64,000 nucleotides of DNA from Utricularia gibba (Eukaryota > Plantae > Magnoliophyta), in contig NEEC01000020.1 of assembly GCA_002189035.1 (NCBI GenBank), forward strand, positions 1,798,001-1,862,000, written 5' to 3'. A program made the translations under genes and the position numbers. This document shows positions 23,990-37,200 of the stretch, in pieces. Numbering within the stretch: position 1 is the stretch's first letter; every line of letters starts with the position of its first letter. The notes beneath the pieces were generated by a model. The model saw only the letters and a list, made by a program, of their open reading frames with translations, ran no database searches and was not told the DNA's origin.

Positions 23990-25230
23990 GAAACACATTT
24001 GATCATTACTGAATGTCAAGAGATAATTTATAAGCCTTTGTCTTGATGGAACGACATGATAATTTGCTCCTTTTTCAGATGTGATAAAGGCAGCAGCACC
24101 TTCATTTTTGTTCCTTTCTTTCCACTCTTTTCGACCTTCTATCATTTTATTGTAATATCTACAATCTTAATGAACATGGCCTTTTCTTCTGCAATGAAAG
24201 CAACTTCTAGTCTCCTTGCCATTTGTGTTTTGCTGCTGATTTTTGCCAAGAGCTTTGATTCTCTCTCAAGACTTGTCTTTTTGGAATTGTGATTCTTTCT
24301 TGCCTTTATTTTTCTCTTTGCCATCATAGAATACAAGTGTATTCCAAGTTTCTGAACCAAAGTTCTTATTTCATGTTTCTTCTTGTATGAGACTATCAGA
24401 AACTCAATGCAACCACTAATAGTTCCCATGACTCTAGTAGAGTGTCCAATAACTGAATTGTATTCAGTTCATCTCTAAAGTTCATATCAACAGTTTCCAT
24501 TAATTCAACGAGTTCCTTGAATTTATTAAGGTGCTCAGTCATACAGTCATGATACTTGAACTTTTTAAGTTGCTTGCACAAACAAAGTTTATTTTGAGCA
24601 TGATTCGGGCATGCCATGGCTTCAATCTCCTTCCATAAAATCTTTGCTGACTGTCTCTAATAGATGGTTACACATATTAGTATCAACACATAGCAGCATT
24701 ATGGCTATTGATTTTTGATGGAGAACATTCCAAGTTTCAACATCTATGCTTTGCAGTCATACATTTCGAGAATGCACACGGGTCCAAAGATCCTTGCAAA
24801 CCAACACTGCATTCATTTTGGTTTTCCAGATAGAATAATCGCGCAAGGTTAACTTAGGAACACCCCCATAGTCTACCAGATGTTGTGCGCTGAAAAATTG
24901 AAGAAAGAACAAACACAAAGAAGTTTTATCCTCGATCACCCTGGAGACAATGGGATAATCTACTGACACAATTCCAATTATACCAAAATGTACAATGAAA
25001 TTAGCAGCTTATACATTGCAAGATGTGAACAAATCAGACTTCACATTTTCCTCTTATGTGATCTTGCTCTAAGTTCATACTCCACCCCTGTATCAAGCAT
25101 CCAGTGATCAGTTTCTTTGCGCATAGCAGGTGAACAACGTTTTTTCATCATGGCTTAACCATCCATTCTCTTGTAGACCTCAACTTGAACCTTTGAAACA
25201 TGGCAGCTGCTGTCCCTCCAGCCCCTTTGA
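23990..25230 (-). mobile_element. Ty1/copia gag remnant (23990-24960) with a protease-motif fragment (25060-25230)
   Basis: KLTLRDYSIWKTKMNAVL; MTEHLNKFKELV...LLDTLLESWELLV (Tnt1-like gag); HWMLDTG similar to the copia protease WILDSG. Confidence 0.7.
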
Positions 25231-26199
25231 TTTTATGATATTCATTCCTTTAAATTTCATAAATCACCGTATACTTAGATCTATTATTTCATAAAGTACA
25301 TAAAACTAAATCTACTTAATTTCATTAATCTCTATTCATGAAAATCTATGTATTTATTCATACCTCAACTCATTGATCTACATTTAAGTTAGATACAATA
25401 TCCTCTTTTTCTCCTAAATTAGTTCTAGTTTGCTAAGAAAAATAGACAAACACACTATGGATTCAGTTCAAAACTAAATAAGCACATCCTCCCATCTCTT
25501 CCTAAGGCATAATGACTATCTTAGCTATTCATGCTATGCATTCAATTCTACTTCTCATAAAACCTAAACATTTAAATACCAAAAGAAAGTATAACATGAA
25601 TGTCAAATTTTCTTCTTTAGGCATCTAGTAATATATTTTCTGCATCAAATTATGTGATGAATTGACTCCAAAGTTTTCTGCTTTCTACATCTATTGTTCT
25701 GATTTCTCCACATCGCTGTTGTTTTACTTCATTTTATTTGTATACATGAATGGATAAAGAAAAAATAATAAACTAGAGTGACAATGGGTCCCGTGTGGTG
25801 CACAATGGGAAAAGATAACTGGACATCTTCTAATATTCTTAGAAATATGTCTAGAAGAATTTGTTGATGGAATTAGACCAACATTGTCTTTTAATAAATA
25901 TGGTTGACAGAACATTTTAGAGAAGTTGAATTATAGATTGTGAACTACATCTGCAATACAATGAAACAACTAAGAATTAGTGGCATGATATGCATGCTTT
26001 CTAGACGCTTTGGAACCGACTAAAGAATTGGATGGAAAAGGATGGGTTTCAATTAAAAATATAATCTTACTTGATGATGAGTGGTGGGTGGAAAGGATAG
26101 TGAGTAATCCCATATTTTATATTTGAAGGATAATCTGGGGTTTTGACATTCTATCTAAATATTCATATTCTATTTGTCAACATGGAGAAAGAAGATGAA

Positions 26200-27780
26200 A
26201 ATGAATTCCTTAAAAATGAATTCATTTTTTCTTTAAAACTTGTTGTAAATTGTGTTTTCCATCAAGTATTCTGTCCATGTTTGGCAGGTTTCATTCACTT
26301 TAAATTAAAGGATTAATTGATGTGCATTTCTGATACAGTAGGCTATCAACTTGAGTAGCAAGTTAAGGAATTCAGCTGTAAAACATAATTATGCCGGTTG
26401 TGATCTCATTGAATTCTTTATTTTTAAGGAAGAGTCAGGTTTTGGAATCCATGTATGGTGTCAAGGAAGAAGATCCTTTATGGTGTGTTGCACTTCGTTT
26501 GTTCACAAAATTAGTTTATCGTTAATTGCTTTTATGTCTCAAGCATGATGCATAAGGTGTGTTATGCCTGAAGGATCATTTAGCAAGTTCTCGATCTTCT
26601 TTGGCTTTCATTGTTCCTACAAAAACTAACCTATCCTTCAAGTAAAAACTCCCTTGGATATGTTGATGTTTTTGTTTATTTTTTTAATGATTTGAGAATA
26701 CGAGTGATGTGTATGCTGTGATGAACATCTAAAGGTCTGTTTACGTTTATTAGCTTCATGGATTGCACCACACTGCACGAATCCATTCTCTCAAATCAGA
26801 AATCCATTGACCCCTCGATGCGCCATGTTGCTGAATGTGATGACCAAATCCAAAAAGCTACATTTATTCTTTTCCCTTGCAATTAAATGGGAAACTTCAA
26901 ATATTTCATCCAACGTCCTTCAAATGTTTTTCTTGTAAATCAACATGGTAATTGCATTAACCTGCACCCCATTCTCACAATTAAAAATATCACAACAAAC
27001 GTGCATTGGTGGTGCCTTCATTTTTTTTTTCCAAATATTGTGAGAATTACAAATGTGTGCATTGCCATGCTTACAATTTTTTATAAAAATATGTATCACG
27101 AGCACTGCAAATGTATAACCAAAAAATTGCAAGTACAACAAATATGCATTGTGATGCTGACATTTATTTTATAAAAAAATTAAAAAAATACAAATGTGCG
27201 TTTTCGGTGCTTATCCATCCATAAAAAATAAGTTGAGATTGCGCCGAATGCAGTAAACCACACGATCCTATTCTCTCAAATTCACGATATCACAAATATT
27301 GTAAATGTGCATTTGTGATGCTTGCCTATTTAAAAAATAATTGCAAGCATCACAGAGGTGTATTATTTTGGTGCTTCTGCTTTTTTATAAGAAAATTAAA
27401 AAAATCTCAAGTATTATGCATACACATTTATGAAAAAAAAATTATTTTTAAAATAAGCTGGGATTCTTAAGTGCAGGATCCTATTCTTCAAATTCTTAAT
27501 GTCAGAAATATTGATATTTTTAATATATTTTTTAAAAAATAAGTTGGGATGCTTATGCTTTTTTATAAAAAAAACTAAAAAAAACCACAAATATCACACT
27601 TGCGTTTCAGTACTTAATCGTTTTACAAAAGAAATCCAAGCACAACAAATGCACATTTGCTATGCTTACCCGTCTACTAAAACATGCATACAAATGATCA
27701 AGAAGATTTTTTTAATAATTCATAAGGTACGGGTTATGCAATTTAATTAAATTTGCATGACCCGACTTGTTTTTTTTAAA
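26200..27780 (+). pseudogene. Dispersed unit: C-terminal part of a Myb/SANT-like (Harbinger ORF1-type) gene plus palindrome array
   Basis: VLESMYGVKEEDPLWCVALRLFTK...CLKDHL at ~26440-26590. Downstream anchors are shared with 51350, 54100 and 57990. Array at ~26990-27690. Confidence 0.7.
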
Positions 27781-28399
27781 CATTTTATTAAATTTATTTT
27801 TGCAATTAAAAATAAATTTTCAATTTATTTTATTTTTATAATTTTTAGATAATAAGAGTACACATTTTCTACTGTTAGCTATTGTTTGATCAATATATGG
27901 TAATATAAAATCCAATTGAATTAACCAATTCATTTTGTAGAGTAAATAAATTACATATATTGAATTTATTTATTCAATAATATAGTGGGTGAATAAGGAT
28001 ATTATTATTTTAAAGTAGATGGATCCCAATGGAATGGAACTAGAGCATTCGTTTTGAAATATTTTTACTAAATAAAAATGTAACTCAGTTAAGTATGATA
28101 TTTTTATAAGATGTAAATGTATCCTATGATGGTTGTAAGGCTAACCAGATTTTAAGAACAGAGGATTGTGTTGATTTTAAGAAATGTGAATCTGCCTCTC
28201 CAATGGATCTCTTGAGTGTTTTAAGTTTATTTATGGCATTAGACAACTCCTAATATGATTTTAGTTGATTAATATGCTTTACAAAATTATACTTGAATTC
28301 ATTTCATTTTCTTTTTACGACCAAACTCTGAGTTTTTTAAATCAACCATTATCATGAATAATTTTCCGTGCTTCACAGTAATTGTGAGTTTGTTAACTT

Positions 28400-29030
28400 T
28401 ATTTTTCAGGGATCCCTTAACTATTTTCTCATGTGGGAGTTAGAATTAATTCTCCTGTATTTATATGGGTAGGAGAAAAATGCTCTGATTCTATACAAAA
28501 TAGGGGGTCTATTTTTCTTTTAATGAGAGTTTTGTATTGGTTTATACAGTTCTACTGAATTAGCATTAGGTATTGAAATATTGGCTGATATGTTATTGGA
28601 AATTATATTGCATTTTTTATTGATTTGATAGTTTGATTACTAATAATACCTCTACATACTAGTTATCAGATGCTCATGGAGAAATCCATTATACTAGTTA
28701 TGCTTTTAGATGGAATATCATTATTTTTAAAATTGGAGGTTACGGATTAGTTTGCATTCATATGAAATTATTTCCTCGTGCTCATTGTATATTTATGCAG
28801 TTTTAACATCTCTTGCTCAACCAACTATTAGACATAGAATAGGCTATTCTTATGTATCGCATATGGGTTTTATAGTTATACGAGATGGAACCGAGATTAT
28901 TTCTCATGAATTTGTAGGCGGTGCACTTTTTTTCTTGGTGTGAATAACTTATGATCGAATACATCTTGTTTATCTTGATGAAATGGGTAGAATGGCTATC
29001 ATAATGCCAAAACTAATCCATGTTCAATAG
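28400..29030 (+). pseudogene. ndhD: Plastid-derived insertion (NUPT): internal ndhD fragment, heavily deleted
   Basis: Collinear pieces [70 protein letters not shown] match NdhD. Confidence 0.93.
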
Positions 29031-29125
29031 CTATCTTAAAAAGAAATTATGATTTAAAATCAATTTAATGAGTATTTTTAAATAACAATAAAAAACATAT
29101 ACTTCATTCTCAAATTACAAAACCC

Positions 29126-32100
29126 CTAATTTAAATAATTATATTTTTTTTTACAAAAATTGATCTTATTAAACGTATATGACAAATACATCTTGAAGAA
29201 AAACTTTAGTTTCGTGTGAGCTAGGGAAGACTTGAAATTCACATATTTATCTTCTGATTCACGTTCTATAACATTCAAATGCCCCATATTCACCTCAATA
29301 TTTGATTCTTCAACAAAGCCTTCTTTATATCCATTTTCCTTTTTGTCATCTTCTCTCTCTATATGTTCTTCAACTAATTCATCCATGATGTCCACTGAGC
29401 ATACACTCTCAAAATCGTTGGGATAATTGTTCACTTCCTTCATGTCCAGCGTAATCTTTTCTTTATCAAAGGATAACTCAATTGTACCCATCTTCACATT
29501 AATTATGGCGTTGGAAGTGCTCAAGAAGGGTCTTCCAAGGATGATGGTCGTATCCTTTGAACCTCCAGCAGGCATATTCACCACATAAAAGTCTGCTGGG
29601 AACACTAGCTGCTCAATTTTCACAAGAACATCTTCAACAAAACCTTTTAGAGAAATAATTCTTTGGTCAGCAAGCTCAATTTGCACTCCTGAGGCTTGTA
29701 GAGGTCCTAACGTGAGAGTCTCATATACAGAAAATGACATCACGTTTATAGAGGCTCCCAGGTCAGCCATTGCTCTCCTGATGTTCAAGTCACCTATTTT
29801 GCAAGGAATAAAAAATGTTCCAGGGTCCTTGCGTTTTTCAGGTAGCTTCCAAGTCAAAAGGGCTGAACAACTCTCATTCAGCTTCACCTTGCCGTTTTCC
29901 TTCAATTTTGGCTTAGACATGCAGAGTTGCTTCAGGTACTTCACGCTTTTAGGCACCAAATCAATATACTCCAGCAATGTCAAATTTAATTGGGTATTAC
30001 CCAAGGCTCTCAACATCTTTTCTTTTTCATTTTGCTCCTCTCTCGCCTTCAGCCTTCCTGGAAATGGTGGTGGGGTTACTTTTACCACGAGAGGCTCAGT
30101 AGCAATCTCTACTTCTTGTTCTTCAACATCTTCTTCCACCACATCTTCAGAGTCTTCTGCCGTCTCTAAATTACTCTTAGGTAGGATTAATTTTCTTCCA
30201 GGTTTTTCTTTTTCGCTTCTCAATGTCATTGCGCTAATATTCTGTCCTCCCCAGAGTTAGGATTCTGTTTGGCTTGAGACGGTAGGCTTCCTTTTTGTTT
30301 TAGCTCCCCAACCTCTGTTGCTAGCTGAGTAACTTGAATTTCAAGATTCTTGATAGCTTGTTGGTTCTCAGCTTGGTTTTTTATTGATTGGGTCATGAAA
30401 GTCTTCAAAATATCCTCCAATGAGCTTCTAGAATTTCCTCCAGAATTATTCGAGTTTGGAGGCTGAAATTGCTGTTGCATCTGCTGGTTTGGCTTGCGAA
30501 ATGGTGGAGCTTGATAAGAACGTTGCTGCTGCTCTTGGAAATTCTGCTGAAATCCTTGCTGTCCAGCTGATGAACTCTCACCCTTGTAAGAATTATCATT
30601 GTTACTCCATCTGAAATTTGGATGATCCCTCCATCCAGGATTGTAGATGTTCGAGTAGGGATCATATTTCTTCCTTTGTGGCTCCAAATATCCCATTGTC
30701 TTCACATGTTCTTCCTCCATCAATTCGGGACATTTATCAGCGATGTGTCCCATTCTGTGGCAGTTCCTGCAGGGCATATTCTTAGCTTGGAATAAAAAGA
30801 GTTCCTTCATCATCTCAGACATGGCTGCCACATTTTTCGTCAGCTCATTTTCTGATGATTTTGGCTTGCATTCCAGCTCATATACTCTTCTATTCGAGGC
30901 CTGTTTTCTGATTATGTGCCTGGAATGCTCAGCCAACTCCTCAAGTAGCACAAGAGCTTCTATGGGAGTTTTTTTCCTCAAAAATCCACCAGCTGCAGAG
31001 TCCACCATGGCCCTATCCGTGCATAGAAGACCATCATAAAAATACTTGACCAATGCATTGGTCTAAAATCCGTGGTGTGGACAGGAGCCTAGCAGGTGAT
31101 TAAAACGTTCCCAATATTCATGTAGAGATTTTCCACTTGTTTGCTCAATGTCACTGATCTCCTTCCTTATTCCTTCAGCTTTTGAAGCAGGGAAATATTT
31201 GATGAGAAATACTTTCTTCATCCCACTCCAATCTGTGATACTTCCAGGCTTCAAAGAGTTAAACCACGTTTTTGCACTCCCTTCCAGTGTAAATTGGAAT
31301 GCCCTCAAACAGATGGCATCCTCAGTCATACCAGCACTCTTAAAAGAGGTGCAAACAGCAGTCATGTTGTCAAGATGTTCATGTGGGTTCTCACCCACTT
31401 TTCCATAATATTTGGGCAGAAAATTAATCATAGCTGGCTTCAATTCGTTGGCTGTGTCATTAGAGAACCTAATACACAGCCCTCTGTACGTATGGTCAGC
31501 TGCATCAAGCTCATTCAGGGTCTTCTCCTGTTCTGCCATATTGAAATTAGTTTGAGCAACAGCAGGGAGTCTGCTCTACCTTGCTGCTTCTCTCACTCTT
31601 GTGTGGTTCTGGATGGAAAACAAAATCATCTGCACCAGAAGAATGCAAATGCATCAACCGAATCACAAAACAATTAAACACCGCTCCCCGGCAACAGCGC
31701 CAATTTGATAAACAAAAAATTCAACATCGTAAATGTAAACTTTCCTATCAAATAAATTTATAACCTAATACACATTCAAGCATAAAACAATTATGAGCAT
31801 AGTGGACTAGGGTCGAACACAAGGAGCTAGGTGCTTGCTATGTGAAGGTCAATGCAAGGAATCAATGTCACGTTGGTAAAATTGGTCTTAGCTAGGACTA
31901 AGGCAGAACTAAAACGAAATACAGTAAAGAAAAGTAATAAGTTCTAGAGTTCGGTTGTTTCTAGAATGGAATGGGTGATGCCTTGGGACTCCTAGAGGAT
32001 GTATGCTCATCACTAAACAAACTCACACAAACCACAAATCATACAACTAACTCACAAGATCTAGGTCTACCCGGATTCTTGTTTTTCCCCATAATCTTTG

Positions 32101-32875
32101 GTCTACCTCTAATTAGGGTTGTTAAGTTGGGTTTCACTATTTCCCCCTCCTGGATCTATCCTGGTTTGTTAAGGAAGTGGTGTGACTCGTGGCTGTTTAG
32201 ATCTAAAGGTTGATTAACATGTTTTTCCCCTTTTTACCCCAAGGCACCCCCCTAAGTACTTAGCCACTCATGCTTAAGGTAAACGAAAGTGGAAAAGAAA
32301 ACATCACCCACAGTGTGCTCATTTCACAATCAAATACCAGAAAGCAAACAAGCAAGTAATGTGAAGTGTCAACAAAAACTGAAAAATGTCACTAGCTACT
32401 CTTAGCTAGGAGTAATATTCTTCAAAGACAGAAAATAATCTTGAACTTCAGCTTCTTTCCTGTTTGTCTTCCTTCTTCTTCCTCCCAAGAAAACCTTTTC
32501 CCCAGAAAATGTGTTTGTGAGTCTCCAAGGGGAGATCTACCTTCTCTCTCATCTTTCCTCCCTTTTTGTCCAAAATCTCCCTTTTTCCTCCTTGGATTTT
32601 GTGTATACCACTTTTCAGACATTTGGACTCATCTTCTGCCACTACACTGTGCATATTCGGCTCCTTGGGATTCGTGTTGCAACCTGCACTGCATTGCTCG
32701 AGTAAAACTATTAGAAGGTTGAGACTAAATCGTAGATTTAGTCCCAACTAAGACTAAAATAACACAATTGCGGTACTTATCCGCAAAAATATAAAATTAG
32801 GTAGTAAAACTAAATTTTTGTAGCACAATATGAATCTTTTCCATGCACTCAATCACTTAAAAATATGTGTTATCA
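29126..32875 (-). mobile_element. Athila-type element, family A: 5' LTR (31706-32875), PBS (31685-31702), gag-protease, truncated before RT
   Basis: PBS TGGCGCTGTTGCCGGGGA lies next to the LTR end GTTTATCA. The LTR is homologous to 18022, 19074 and 38866. Confidence 0.93.
29200..31539 (-). pseudogene. Athila gag-protease polyprotein; one premature TAG (31063-31065) and one frameshift (~30240)
   Basis: Retrotransposon gag (ENPHEHL, LRAFQFTLEGSAKTWF, LHEYWERF, SCPHHG), zinc knuckle CRNCHRMGHIADKC, YNPGWRDHPNF, aspartic protease AMADLGASINVM, ILGRPFL. Confidence 0.93.
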
Positions 32876-32879
32876 TTGG

Positions 32880-33640
32880 TCGAATTCCTCAGATGCTAGT
32901 ATAGAAAAACGCCTCCTTGTGGATCAGTCTCAGAGAGCACGAAGACCTTGGAGCAGATCTCAAGATCTAAATCTTTTTTATAGATATTTTTGACATATCA
33001 AATCATATCTCCATGAGATCTTTTATTTTGAGTTTAATCAATGTTAATCTCAAAATAACTCTCTATTTAATTTATCCACTTTACCAATTACATCTCATGT
33101 AATTGTGTCATTCTATTTTATATCGATGAGTGACTCTACTATTGTGTGTGACCCTATAGGCTTCTTCAATCAAGCCCGTCATAATGGATTTATTAATTAA
33201 CTCTTAATTAATCAAATCCATCATTATCGATAATGAGTGATGTCTAGCAACATATCATGATCCCCAAGATTAAAGAATAATCAGGTGAACTGAGTGAGCC
33301 TTTCCATAACCAGTCACCATGCAATAAACAGCTTTCATCATACTTATATCTCATTCGATACCAGAACATGGGTGTGTGTCTTTCTGATGTATCGAACTTA
33401 TAATTGCATTCAATCACTAACACTCAATGACCTACTCAAACAATTCGAGTGTCATTACCCTGGGCCCAGGACTTACTGTTGTGTCTTTCTGATGTATCGA
33501 ACTTATAATTGCATTCAATCACTAACACTCAATGACCTACTCAAACAATTCGAGTGTCATTACCCTGGGCCCAGGACTTACTGTTAGGCTTTGATGCAAT
33601 TACGTGAGATATGATCTCATTGCTAATATGAGTGATGAAA
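32880..33640. mobile_element. Copia-like LTR remnant
   Basis: GTGTGACCCTATAGG and ATGTCTAGCAACATATCATG motifs resemble long copia LTRs. Confidence 0.35.
33376..33585. repeat. Perfect 105-bp tandem duplication
   Basis: 33376-33480 is identical to 33481-33585. Confidence 0.95.
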
Positions 33641-33654
33641 CCCATTTCAATTCA

Positions 33655-34280
33655 AAGAAGAGATGAAGATAAGCCAACGAAACATAGATCTAGGGGTATT
33701 CCAACCTAGAAACGGAAGTTTCTAGCCGAGAACAACCATACAAACTAAAGGAAACGAAAACAAAGTTCTAGAGAGAAGCTAGAGGAAAATCCTCTAAAGA
33801 GAGAAACAAAAGTCTAAACTAAACTAACTACTGCTTCCCACGTCTGAACTGAACTGAACTTCAATGAGAGTTTGAGATTTTGTGTCCCCTTCGTTCTACT
33901 GAATTTGGGATGACTTGCAAGCAAACGTCTGCTCTGACACTGATACGCTAATGATATTGCCTGTCAGAGACTCCCATGTTCCGCACGTCAAGGTTCATGA
34001 TTAGGCGTCTGTAGTCTTTCTGAAATCAAGGGAATGCCAGCTCGGGAAGATCCATTTTTTCGCTACCTGACGCCCTCTTTCTCTCAGTTCCTGCCACGTG
34101 TGCGCCTCTAGAAAAACTCAATTAAAAATAACAAAATTATTAGATAAAATACAAGATTTAGGATAATTACCCTAAACTAGATAAAAATCTAAATCACATA
34201 TTATAGACTCCTAATTAGACACTTCTAATCACATTTAGATATAAAAACAACCTAAGAAATAGTAAGAAAATGACACTTCA
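33655..34280 (-). mobile_element. Partial LTR of the same family as 48406-49755
   Basis: ~620 bp clearly homologous to 49135-49755. Confidence 0.8.
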
Positions 34281-37200
34281 TATTCACCTTGCTATTCATC
34301 AAAATTCATGAGTGACGTGCTACTCATAGACCGTGACTATGAGACATCATATAAAGACTACAACATAATGCATGGAAATATGCAAAATCCAAAAGAAAGA
34401 CTCAAATAGAGTCAATCAAGAAGGCGGCAAGACCCTTGCAGAATTCCCCAATTGCATAGAGCTTGGGAAACTCGGATCCGGTCAAGATCCGAACAACAAG
34501 CCTGTAAAGAACTAAGATTGGTGCTCAAGACATTAAAGGGAAATTTATCTATTCCCATAAACTAAAAAGGTTTAGTCATAAATGACCATAAAATAGAAAA
34601 CGAAAACAGAATGCTAAAGTGTTTTTCCTCTCTTGGGTGGAGAGAAAAGAGCATGTTCAAATCCAAAGTAAAGTGTGGAAAGTTTGATTCAAAGTTTTCC
34701 CAATTTCTTTGAATTCACTCCTTAGTGCATTATCCTCCTCTGCTCCCTTTCATTCATTCTTTATGTTTTACGTTGGCAATCAACTTTCCCATTCATGCAA
34801 GTAAGCACTCAATCATTACTACAGATTCTACTTTGTCATAGTTGCTTCAAGTTGGGTCCTAAATAGTATTAGTCTTTCACCCATAGTTGCTTCAAGTTGC
34901 GTGCAAGTCACGAAATATTAGTATGTGGTCTTTTGTGAGTCTCTTGGGTGAAAATACACGCAAAAGATAACAAAAATATATATAAATAACAATAATTGAA
35001 TTTTTTAATAAAATAAAATACTTATTAACATAACTCCTAATTTGGATGACTTAATTCTAAATGAACACATAATAATACATAATGAAGAAGTAGAAAATAA
35101 CAATGACAATGATCTAAAGACCTTGTTGTAAATTTTTTAGTGGTGCTGTTTCCCCTATGATATGATCTGCGAGCCTTTGACTTTCTGCCAAAGCAACAAA
35201 TTGGAAATGCCACAGGTTGTAGTTTGTTGCCGTGAGATTGATGGAGACAAAATTGTTGATGAAGAATGCAACAGAGGCCACTTGAAATAGTTGGATGATA
35301 CCTACTATGATAGAGTCTTAGGAAGGAATAAAGGGATAATGCTTATGAGGTCATGTTGGATGAAAAAACAACTCTTGAATAATAAGAATTGATGAAAACC
35401 TAACACTCACAAGTTGATGGTAGGGTATATTTATACCCAATACCTTGATTACCCAACAATGGGCCAAAATCAGTAAAAACACACATAAAAGCCCAACAAC
35501 TTGAACCCAACACTTTTTTAGTTGAAACATGACTTCATGACACAAGATTAGTGCTTTCTATCACCTTCAAGGTTTAGATTGAGATTGATCTCCAACACTC
35601 CCCCGAAGACCAAGATCTCCCAACTTGAGAAAGTCTTCCATAGTCATTAGATTCATGTTCTTCCTTGCTAACTCAAATTGAACTTTGTTCAAACCTTTGG
35701 TAAGCTCATTAGTAAGCTGATTCCCACTCTCAACATACTACACTTTGATCTTCTTCTCCTTGATGTAATTCCTTATGACATGATACCTGATTTTTTATGT
35801 GTTTGGCTTTGCTGAAGTTTGTTCGATCCTTGGCAATGGAGATTGCAGCTCGATCATCCATAAGTAGATATGTAGCTTCCTTTTGTATGAATCCAAGTTC
35901 ATTTAACATCTGTATCAGTCAAACACAATACTTCAAGCATGTGCTGCAAAGATGTATTCTGCTTCAGTTGTTGATTGTGCTACCACCTTTTGTTTTTTTG
36001 AAAACAAGACTACAGGACTCTTATTTAAGAAAAAGAGTGCACCAGATGTACTCTTGTTGTCTTCAGCCATACCATAATTACTATGTGAGTAGGCTCTAAG
36101 TTTGCAAACTAGTTTTTCACATTCATACAGATAGACCAATCCAAAATCATTGGTATATTTTATATACCTAAAAGCTATTTTTACAGCTACTATGTGAGTT
36201 GTCGTTTCTTTGGTTGAGGAAGTGAGATTAGACATTTACATAAAAACACAGGTCAAGCCTTGTATGCTAGAGATAGATGAGGCTTCCTATCATACTTCTA
36301 TATGAAGTGGCATCCACATTCCTTCCCTAGTTGTTTTCTCCAATCACCTGTTTGTAATCTAGGGGAGTTTTTGAAGGATTTACATCTTTGAACCCAAACT
36401 TTTTAAGAAGTTTATTACAGTACTTCTTTTGAGATATAAATGTTTCAACACCTATAAGTTGATGAATTTCCATGACTAAATGTTTCAACACTCCAAGGTT
36501 AATCATCTTGAATTCATTTTTGAGTAGAGCTTTGAATTCTTCAATCTTTCTTTCATCACATGAAGTAATCATAAGATCATCCACATATAGGCTTACGAAT
36601 AAACGATCATCTCCCTTTCCTTTAACATATAGTGAGTAATCACGGTATGTTTTAATGAAATCAATACCTTAGATAAAGTTATCCATGTGTTCATTCCATG
36701 CTCTAGGAGTTTGCTTCAGATTTTTTTTTGCTTCAATACTTTGTCTTCATTACCTGACACTTCAAAGCCCTTTGGTTGTTCAACAATAACAACGTCCTCC
36801 AACACACCATTCAAAGATGCAGTCTTCATATCCATGTGATGCACTTTCCATCCATGAGCAGCTAAAATAGCAAAAAGTATTTTAATTGTGTCAAATCTTG
36901 CTACTAGTGCAAAAATCTCATGAAAATTTAATCCTATTATTTGACTATATCCCTTGGCTACTAATCTAGTCTTATATTTGTTTACAAAACCATTTGCATT
37001 CATTTTGGTTTTAAATAACCACTTGAGGCCAATAGGTTTGAAACCCCTATCTTTAGGTTTGTCAACTAACTCCTAGATTTCATTTTCATGTATAGAATTC
37101 TTTTCTTCCTTCATGGTAGCTCTCCATTTCGGATTTTCTACAACTACTTCAAATGATTTTGGATCTTCTATCAATAATCAAGCCAAGATATCAGCCACGG

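Noticed and set aside
33294-33587. ORF with a repeated 35-aa peptide
   Set aside because: Artefact of the 105-bp DNA duplication.
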